A stretch of 32,000 bases of DNA from an uncultured Erysipelotrichaceae bacterium (GTDB lineage Bacteria; Bacillota_I; Bacilli_A; Erysipelotrichales; Erysipelotrichaceae), in NCBI GenBank assembly GCA_942492995.1, contig OW818653.1, forward strand, positions 1,080,001 through 1,112,000, in the 5' to 3' direction. Under the pieces are notes generated by a model, which had not been told where the DNA came from, did no database searches, and worked only from the letters and a program-made list of their open reading frames with translations. A program made the position numbers and the translations under genes. The stretch's first letter is position 1, and the number at the start of each line of letters is the position of its first letter. Below are positions 25,595 to 32,000 of the stretch, piece by piece.

Positions 25595-26758
25595 CTACTT
25601 AATCTTATCGAACAGTTGAAGACTACGATAAATAATCGCATCCATATTATAGTATTGGTACTCAGCTAATCGACCTAAAAGATGGAAATTATTGATACCT
25701 TCACAAGCTTGTACATAACGTTGATATTGAGTTTGATTCGATTCAGTAAATATTGGATAATATGGAATATTTCCTTTATCCGCATTACGATCATACAAGA
25801 GTGAGTATTCTACTGCGATTGTCGTATTCTCAGGCAGCTTCTCCATCATGTGTTTATATTCTGTAATGCGTGTATAACCATGTTCATCTGCTGGTGTAGG
25901 ATAATTGACTGTCCCTACTGGTTGATAGATATCGTTATGTGATTGTAGATCAAACTCAAGTGAACGATATGGCAATGCCCCAAAACGATAATCTAATAGT
26001 TCATCAATCGCTCCTGTATAAATTAATTTCCCAGTAAATGGTTCACCCATAAATTTAATGGATTTATTTTCTACATCAATATCGAGTAATGTACGTGCTT
26101 CTGTATTTAATCTTACTTCGATATTTGGATGATTTAACATCTTCTTAAATATTTCAATATAGCCATTCTTAGGCATTTGTTGGTATTTATCTTGGAAATA
26201 TCGATCGTCATATGATACATGTACAGGTACACGATTGGTAACCATAGGATCAATCTCTTCAACGGTTAAGCCCCATTGTTTCATCGTGTAATCTTTAAAT
26301 ACTTTTTCAAACACAAAGTTTGCCAAGTTCTGAAGAACTGGGTTTTCATGTTTCATAAGTTCAAGAATTGTGACTTTCTTTTCCATTCCATATGTATCAA
26401 TTAATACCTTTTTCATATTTGTTGCGGTTTGTTCATCAAAACACATTTCAATTGATTTAAGATTAAACGGAATTGGAACTAGTTGACCATTCACATAACC
26501 TAGTACGCGATGTTCATATGGATACCATTCTGTAAATTGTGATAAGTAATTAACTACTTCTAGACGATTTGTATGGAATATATGAGGACCATACTTATGT
26601 ACATTCACCCCATTTTCATCCTTGTAATCAAACATGTTTCCAGCAATTTCTTTACGTTTATCGATGACTAAAACTGATTTACCGAGAGATGCGAAACGTT
26701 CTGCTGTAACAGATCCAGCATAACCACATCCAACTACAATCACATCGTATTTATTCAT
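25595..26758 (-). CDS. glf: UDP-galactopyranose mutase
   Basis: FAD-binding motif YDVIVVGCGYAGS, plus GPHIFHTN and GRLAEYQYYNMD. I chose the ATG at 26758 because AAGGAG lies 6 nt upstream. The ORF-track start at 26779 adds 7 residues. Confidence 0.9.
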   Translation of the reverse strand: MNKYDVIVVGCGYAGSVTAERFASLGKSVLVIDKRKEIAGNMFDYKDENGVNVHKYGPHIFHTNRLEVVNYLSQFTEWYPYEHRVLGYVNGQLVPIPFNLKSIEMCFDEQTATNMKKVLIDTYGMEKKVTILELMKHENPVLQNLANFVFEKVFKDYTMKQWGLTVEEIDPMVTNRVPVHVSYDDRYFQDKYQQMPKNGYIEIFKKMLNHPNIEVRLNTEARTLLDIDVENKSIKFMGEPFTGKLIYTGAIDELLDYRFGALPYRSLEFDLQSHNDIYQPVGTVNYPTPADEHGYTRITEYKHMMEKLPENTTIAVEYSLLYDRNADKGNIPYYPIFTESNQTQYQRYVQACEGINNFHLLGRLAEYQYYNMDAIIYRSLQLFDKIK

Positions 26759-27692
26759 GTTTAGCTCCTTTTGGTTCAATTAATTCTTCTATAATAAATG
26801 ATGGACGTTGACGAGACGCATCAAATGCTCTCCATAAATATTCACCTATGATACCAAGGGTTAATAAAATAAGCCCATAGAAAAATAGACTCGTTATCAT
26901 AAGTGTAGTCCAACCTTCAACTTCAATCCCAATAAAGAATTTAGCGTATAAAATATATAATAACCAAATGATTGTCCCAAAGAACGTAAGAATACCCATC
27001 GTTGAAATAAATCGTATTGGGAAATAGCTAAAGGCTAAGATACTATCGACAAATAATTTAATCTTTTTCGATAATGTCCAACGACTCTTCCCTTTTTCAC
27101 GTTTAAGTCGGGTGTAGTAAATCATGTCAGTTTTAAATCCTGCCCATAAGATCTGTCCCATGATCGTAGAATTTTTCTCATCCATCATTTCTAATACTTT
27201 GATCACTTTTCGATCAATGAGGAAACAATCAAAACCACCATCTGGCATTGTTTTAATCGCAATTCTACGCATTAGTTTGTAATATAAATTTGAGAAGAAG
27301 ATCTGTAACCAAGGTTCTTGACGATCTTTTCGAATTGCTAATACAACATTGTTTCCATCTTTCCATTTCTGAAACATCTCAAGAATCATTGAAGAAGGTT
27401 CTTGTAAATCTGCGGTTTTCATTACAGCACAATCACCAGTTGAATGAATCAATCCAGCAAGAATTGCCGCATGTGATCCAAAATTACGTGAAAGTTTGAC
27501 TACCATTACATTAGAATCCTTTGATTGGATATCTTTTAGAATTGTAAATGATTGATCGAGTGATCCATCATCCACAAAAACTAACTCATATTGGTCGATT
27601 TTACCTAGAACTTTTTCTTTTAAATCATCGTATAAATCATATAAATTCATTTCATTAAAATAAACTGGAATAATAATTGATAATTTAGCCAT
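26751..27692 (-). CDS. GtrB/CsbB/ArnC-like polyprenyl-phosphate glycosyltransferase (GT2 with two C-terminal TM helices)
   Basis: LSIIIPVYFNE...VFVDDGSLDQS GT2 core, two C-terminal TMs, and the family-typical LGIIGEYLWRAFDASRQRPSFIIEE. I chose the ATG at 27692 (MAKLSIII). It shares 8-nt overlaps with both neighbours. Confidence 0.8.
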   Translation of the reverse strand: MAKLSIIIPVYFNEMNLYDLYDDLKEKVLGKIDQYELVFVDDGSLDQSFTILKDIQSKDSNVMVVKLSRNFGSHAAILAGLIHSTGDCAVMKTADLQEPSSMILEMFQKWKDGNNVVLAIRKDRQEPWLQIFFSNLYYKLMRRIAIKTMPDGGFDCFLIDRKVIKVLEMMDEKNSTIMGQILWAGFKTDMIYYTRLKREKGKSRWTLSKKIKLFVDSILAFSYFPIRFISTMGILTFFGTIIWLLYILYAKFFIGIEVEGWTTLMITSLFFYGLILLTLGIIGEYLWRAFDASRQRPSFIIEELIEPKGAKHE

Positions 27693-28086
27693 GGTTCTTA
27701 CAGTACTCCTTAAATTCTGTATAATCTCGTATATATTCAGAATTGTCATAAGGTTGATCAGATATGACTAATAAAACAGTACCTGGTTTAAAATGAACCA
27801 TCTCTTTCCATGTTCCTTTTGGACAATATAATGCCTTAGTTGGTAAGTCTAAATGATATTCATGTAATGTAGAACCATTATCTACTACAATATCGCATCC
27901 ACCACTTACACAAATAAAAATAAAGGAACTGTTGCGATTCGCATGTTTTCCTCTAACTGCTTCAGTATCCGTATCATAGATATAGAAAAGACGTTCCATT
28001 TTAAATGGAATGTTCTTCATATTTTCTACAGAAATGAGTTTTCCTCGATTATCCCCAAACTCAGTTAGATTGATCCAATGACTCAT
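27685..28086 (-). CDS. FdtA/QdtA/WxcM-C-like cupin sugar 3,4-ketoisomerase (dTDP-4-keto-6-deoxyhexose 3,4-isomerase)
   Basis: 133 aa. EFGDNRGKLISVE near the N-terminus, RGKHANR (compare RGxHAH) and a cupin beta-barrel length fit the FdtA family. AAAGGAG RBS at 28091-28097. Confidence 0.75.
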   Translation of the reverse strand: MSHWINLTEFGDNRGKLISVENMKNIPFKMERLFYIYDTDTEAVRGKHANRNSSFIFICVSGGCDIVVDNGSTLHEYHLDLPTKALYCPKGTWKEMVHFKPGTVLLVISDQPYDNSEYIRDYTEFKEYCKNHG

Positions 28087-28579
28087 AAGACTCCTTTAAT
28101 ATACTATACCAGTTTAAACTATAAAATTCATTTTCTATCTTTATATCATCAATAAAGGTACCTTCTAATTTAAACCCAAACTTTTGATAAAAACGATTCG
28201 CTCTCACATTGTGTGTAAGTACATTTAGATAAACTTTATGTAAATGTATTTCGTTAAACGCAATCTCTAACAATGCTTTACTCGCATCATACGCAATGTT
28301 TGTTCCTTGTGCAATTTTACGTAATACAATCGCAAATTCTGCTTTCATGTTAAGTGTATCGATATTTTTTAAACTGATGGTTCCAAGATATTCATCTGAA
28401 TCATTCACAATCGCATAGTGTCTTGCGTATGTAAAATCTTGTGCTAACTCTACGAACTTCTGTACAGATTCATAGGTTGAATTAGAAAAATCAGCTCTAA
28501 ATTGACGTGTTATCTCTGTATCTTTCATCCATTCCAACATGAATGGAATATCGATTTTACTTAATTTCCGAAGTTTCAT
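28061..28579 (-). CDS. GNAT family N-acetyltransferase (RimJ/RimL-like), probable sugar N-acyltransferase
   Basis: 172 aa from the ATG at 28579, which sits 1 nt after the aminotransferase stop. GNAT core YLGTISLKNID...FAIVLRKIAQGTNIAYDASKALLEIAF...NVRANRFYQKFGF. The ORF-track start at 28609 would overlap the upstream gene by 29 nt. Confidence 0.7.
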   Translation of the reverse strand: MKLRKLSKIDIPFMLEWMKDTEITRQFRADFSNSTYESVQKFVELAQDFTYARHYAIVNDSDEYLGTISLKNIDTLNMKAEFAIVLRKIAQGTNIAYDASKALLEIAFNEIHLHKVYLNVLTHNVRANRFYQKFGFKLEGTFIDDIKIENEFYSLNWYSILKESYESLDQSN

Positions 28580-28580
28580 T

Positions 28581-29678
28581 TTAAACCTTAAATTGGTTGA
28601 GTTTATCAATCAGATAGCTTAGTTCATCATTCGTCATTCCATTGTATAACGGTAACGTTAAAACTTGGTTTGCGAGTTCTTCACAGATTGGAAAATCACC
28701 CTTCTTATACCCTAATTCACTATAAGCTTCTTGAAGATGTGGAGGAATTGGATAATGAATTAAACTTTGAATCTCATTTGCACTTAAATAGGTCATTAAC
28801 TCATCACGATAATTTGTCTTTACGACAAATAGATGCCATACATGTGTACAATTCTTATCAACTCTTGGTAACTCAATAAATGGGTTATTCACTTCATTTA
28901 TTAATCGTTGTGCAAGATTTTCACGCTCTTCAGTTAGTTCATTCATAAAGGTTAATTTAACGCGCAGTAAACCTGCTTGAAGTTCATCTAAACGGGAATT
29001 AGTCCCAACGATTTCATTGAAATAACGTTTCTGAGAGCCATAATTACGATATGTTCTTACTTTTTCTGCTAATTGTTCATCATTTGTCACAATTGCACCA
29101 CCATCCCCAAAACAACCTAAATTCTTTGATGGATAGAAACTAAAACATCCAACATGTCCAATTGATCCAGTCATTCTGTGATTATATTGTGCACCATGGG
29201 ATTGAGCACAATCTTCCACAAGATATAAATTATATTTCTCACAGATTTGAACAATTTTTTCCATATTCGTAGCTTGACCATATAAATGTGTAACTAAAAT
29301 AGCTTTTGTCTTAGGAGTAATATATGATTCTAAATTCGCATCATCCATATTATGAAATTCATTCGGTTCGACAAATACAGGTGTTGCGCCATTCATCGTA
29401 ATGCCCATTACTGTCGCAATATAGGTGTTTGATTGAACTAATACTTCATCACCCTCTTTAATTCCTAAGAGTTTAATTGAGATCCATAGTGCATCTAAAC
29501 CATTCGCTAAACCAACACAATAGTTTGAACCAATGTAATTTGCGAATTCTTGTTCAAATGCCTTAACTTCATTCCCTAAGATATAATACCCACTACGTAA
29601 AACGTCCAACGCTTTTTGTTCATATGCATCTTGATGCATAAAAAACTGACGATCTAATGCGTTTGCGCTTATTTTCAT
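28581..29678 (-). CDS. DegT/DnrJ/EryC1/StrS family PLP-dependent sugar aminotransferase (FdtB/QdtB-like)
   Basis: 365 aa. FEQEFANYIGSNYCVGLANGLDAL, and FSFYPSKNLGCFGDGGAIVTND with the PLP lysine. The ATG overlaps the YfhO stop (ATGA at 29675-29678). Confidence 0.85.
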   Translation of the reverse strand: MKISANALDRQFFMHQDAYEQKALDVLRSGYYILGNEVKAFEQEFANYIGSNYCVGLANGLDALWISIKLLGIKEGDEVLVQSNTYIATVMGITMNGATPVFVEPNEFHNMDDANLESYITPKTKAILVTHLYGQATNMEKIVQICEKYNLYLVEDCAQSHGAQYNHRMTGSIGHVGCFSFYPSKNLGCFGDGGAIVTNDEQLAEKVRTYRNYGSQKRYFNEIVGTNSRLDELQAGLLRVKLTFMNELTEERENLAQRLINEVNNPFIELPRVDKNCTHVWHLFVVKTNYRDELMTYLSANEIQSLIHYPIPPHLQEAYSELGYKKGDFPICEELANQVLTLPLYNGMTNDELSYLIDKLNQFKV

Positions 29679-31990
29679 ATTTGAACACCTCTTTTTTTAG
29701 AACGACGTAAATCATAAACGATTATACCAATTGATAGAATTACACCAATAATCGAAAGTATTAAACCAGCTTTAAACCCTTCAGGTATGAAATTCATTAC
29801 AATTTCATTATAACCACTGTCGACTTGTATACCGATAAATCCACCATTAACCTGATACGTTTTCACAACATTTCCATTAACTTTAACTTCCCAACCTGCA
29901 TCATATGGAATCTTAAGAATCATAAACCCTTTTTCAATGGTTGTAATATCACCATAAAAGTAATTATTATGATAATCAATATGTTGTAATTTACCTGATG
30001 AATTTCCAATCAATGTTTTAATTTCTTCGACATTCTCAGGTTTCGCAATAACAGATTTAGTTAAAAATGGTAAACGATCGACTTCTGTTAATTTCATTAA
30101 ATAATCGAAATTCACGACATTCGTATACAACTCACCAACTGATGTATAATCCAGATTTTCATAAACTAGGAGTGACCCCTGATAATTCTCTTGGATTAAT
30201 TTAAAGTTATTATGAGGTAGTTCATCTGCGCTCACCACTATTGCGTATTTGGTACTTAAGAAATTAATGATTTCCGCATCTTTGATGTTAAATATCCAAT
30301 CACTTTCAAAATCCTTTACACTTGGAGCTAACTTCTTCATATCATTGAATGAAGGCGCATACGTTGAATCATATGTCATCAAACCTTTTAACTGATAATG
30401 TAAATTATGATTATGACTGTATGACCAATATAAACTATCATGCGGTACATAAACACGATAGAATTCACTGTAATTATCTGGATCTAAACTTTCGAAATAA
30501 CGATTTAAATCATTTGGGTTTTCTTGTAGAACATGCGTTGCCTTATTAACAAACTCCCACGTTGAATTCTCATTTAAGCGTATAAATCCAATTAACCAGA
30601 TATTATGCGCTGCCAATTGAATTATAGTTAAAACTAATATACTAACCATTAACCATTTCTTGTTTAGTTTGATTAAGATATATAACGTTATGAATACAAC
30701 AAGCGATACCATTGATAGATAGAATAATCCAATATTATCTGTAAATTGATTTAAATTACCAGTTACTAACATCGATAATGGAACATTAAAGACTAAGATA
30801 ATCGATATTACGATTAAGCTTAGTTTTAGATTACGCATATTAATTAAGTGTGTATTCGTTAAGTATCGTGAAGCGTTGATTAGATTCACAATAATAAATA
30901 GATACGTCCATCTAAAACTTGGACTACTAAATCCAAGTATCATCATATTTCCACTTGGAATAATAAGTAATAGAATCATAAAGCTATATAATCCAATCAT
31001 CGCATTACGATAATACTTATCTTTATCTGTAATAAATTGTGGTAATAGAATTGATGTAATCGATCCAGCCCATAAACATAATTCACGGGTTACATGCGAT
31101 CCCGTCTCAAACACATTATAATCTTGATATATAATATTTTGACTTGGGACAAATAGCGCTTGTAGTTGATGGAAGTAAATTTCAGGTTTATCAAACACTA
31201 AGGCAAAATAGAATGTACCTACACGATCATTTTGTATGATATTTAATAAGGATGGTAGAATAAGTACCATTGTGGTTAATACCGCAATTAGATATACTCC
31301 AATTAATAGTAGTGTATCCTTAATAAAATCTTTGTATCCTTCACGTACACTATAATATCGAGCGATAAAATAGAATGGTGTAAAGAATGATAACGAGAAG
31401 AACATATAGTAATTAGTTAACAATAATAATGATGTACTAATAATGAATAGCGTAAGTTTCTTCTCTTTGAGATACATCTCAACAGCTAAGAAGAATAATG
31501 GCGTAAAGCTATACGCAGACACAAACATTGGTTGACCTAAGAAGAATATAACCCAACTACTAAAGCCAAAACATAGCGCCAATGTAATAGAGACGATATT
31601 TGATGATTTTAAGTACTTTAATAAGGCAAACATACTTAACGATGAAATAACTAATTTAATTATGGTTTGAAGTTTAAATATTTCATAGAAATGAACATTA
31701 AATAATAATGAGACGTAATAATAAACATCTCCTAACATATAAAAACTCTTACTCGCCCAGAAATTATTTCCTAAAAACAAATTCCATGAATAAAATGGGA
31801 ACTCTCTGTTCTTTATAAATTGTCCGATTAATGATCTAAATTCTGTATAGTATGGGAAATATGTAGGTTTTAAATCTCCACCATATTCAAAGGGTAATCC
31901 TTTGATTAAATAAGGCGATATTATAAATAAAACTAATACTAACGCAGTTAAAGTAAGCCCTATGATGGGTAATAATCGTTTCTTGTTCAT
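29675..31990 (-). CDS. YfhO family polytopic membrane glycosyltransferase (GT-C-like)
   Basis: 771 aa. The N-terminus PFEYGGDLKPTYFPYYTEF...FPFYSWNLFLGNNFWASKSFYMLGD is followed by many TMs. A C-terminal beta-rich domain (IPYDAGWEVKVNGNVVKTYQVNGGFIGIQVDSGYNEIVMNFIPEGFKAG) is followed by a final TM, the typical YfhO layout. Confidence 0.8.
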   Translation of the reverse strand: MNKKRLLPIIGLTLTALVLVLFIISPYLIKGLPFEYGGDLKPTYFPYYTEFRSLIGQFIKNREFPFYSWNLFLGNNFWASKSFYMLGDVYYYVSLLFNVHFYEIFKLQTIIKLVISSLSMFALLKYLKSSNIVSITLALCFGFSSWVIFFLGQPMFVSAYSFTPLFFLAVEMYLKEKKLTLFIISTSLLLLTNYYMFFSLSFFTPFYFIARYYSVREGYKDFIKDTLLLIGVYLIAVLTTMVLILPSLLNIIQNDRVGTFYFALVFDKPEIYFHQLQALFVPSQNIIYQDYNVFETGSHVTRELCLWAGSITSILLPQFITDKDKYYRNAMIGLYSFMILLLIIPSGNMMILGFSSPSFRWTYLFIIVNLINASRYLTNTHLINMRNLKLSLIVISIILVFNVPLSMLVTGNLNQFTDNIGLFYLSMVSLVVFITLYILIKLNKKWLMVSILVLTIIQLAAHNIWLIGFIRLNENSTWEFVNKATHVLQENPNDLNRYFESLDPDNYSEFYRVYVPHDSLYWSYSHNHNLHYQLKGLMTYDSTYAPSFNDMKKLAPSVKDFESDWIFNIKDAEIINFLSTKYAIVVSADELPHNNFKLIQENYQGSLLVYENLDYTSVGELYTNVVNFDYLMKLTEVDRLPFLTKSVIAKPENVEEIKTLIGNSSGKLQHIDYHNNYFYGDITTIEKGFMILKIPYDAGWEVKVNGNVVKTYQVNGGFIGIQVDSGYNEIVMNFIPEGFKAGLILSIIGVILSIGIIVYDLRRSKKRGVQI

Positions 31991-32000
31991 ATCGATATGA

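Noticed and set aside
26759-26779. ORF-track extension of glf (start at 26779)
   Set aside because: The AAGGAG RBS falls inside the extension, 6 nt before the ATG at 26758. UDP-galactopyranose mutases start just before the GxGxxG motif.
27290-27499. 69-aa plus-strand ORF
   Set aside because: It is antisense within the GtrB-like GT2 gene.
27693-27749. ORF-track extension of the GtrB-like GT2 (start at 27749)
   Set aside because: It would overlap the FdtA-like gene by 65 nt. GT2 enzymes of this class start a few residues before the (I/V)(I/V)IP-x-Y motif, as with MAKLSIIIP.
28580-28609. ORF-track extension of the GNAT gene (start at 28609)
   Set aside because: It would overlap the aminotransferase gene by 29 nt. 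The ATG at 28579 has an AAGG RBS and sits 1 nt after the upstream stop.
28670-28879. 69-aa plus-strand ORF
   Set aside because: It is antisense within the DegT-family aminotransferase gene.
30349-30549. 66-aa plus-strand ORF
   Set aside because: It is antisense within the YfhO gene.
1-32000. Mycoplasma-type genetic code (UGA = Trp), prophage, or defence or mobile island
   Set aside because: TGA terminates several well-delimited ORFs and Trp is encoded by TGG. I saw no integrase, transposase, recombinase, phage structural gene, restriction, Cas or toxin-antitoxin signature, and no flanking direct repeats.

Overview
Low-GC bacterial chromosomal segment using the standard genetic code: TGA acts as a stop at 1673-1675, 2512-2514, 6069-6071 and 29675-29677. 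Gene style suggests a Bacillota, Erysipelotrichia-like or Acholeplasma-like organism, but I cannot assign a taxon. No rRNA, tRNA, CRISPR array, transposase or integrase was seen. The window is mostly a cell-envelope glycan locus. (i) 42-2151 (+) holds a split Alg14-like / GT4 / Alg13-like glycosyltransferase operon. (ii) 2254-4640 (+) holds a small XRE regulator, a 2-TM peptide, a DUF2156 (MprF C-terminal-like) protein and an Eis-like GNAT. (iii) 4738-5751 is a monocistronic gap gene with a consensus promoter abutted by a Rex-like operator, followed by a DUF1858 ORF. (iv) 6081-12818 (-) is a 2245-aa surface subtilase: N-terminal anchor, S8 domain, about 19 FN3 domains and a Big_2-like tip. Its stalk contains an apparently perfect 1596-bp tandem duplication built from two diverged 798-bp subunits, and that array is much more GC-rich than the rest of the gene. 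(v) 13081-31990 holds envelope polymer genes, mostly on the minus strand: GT2, LtaS-family, two divergent polytopic GT-C-like proteins, an MBOAT + DHHW O-acyltransferase pair, two GT2, Wzx, Glf, and a tightly coupled module of GtrB/ArnC-like GT, FdtA-like isomerase, GNAT, DegT/FdtB-like aminotransferase and YfhO. The most interesting candidates are that Arn-like module, predicted to place a lipid-linked 3-acetamido-3,6-dideoxyhexose on an extracytoplasmic acceptor, the recombining FN3 stalk of the protease, and the DUF2156/GNAT pair. All family calls come from motif recognition by eye. No searches were run.
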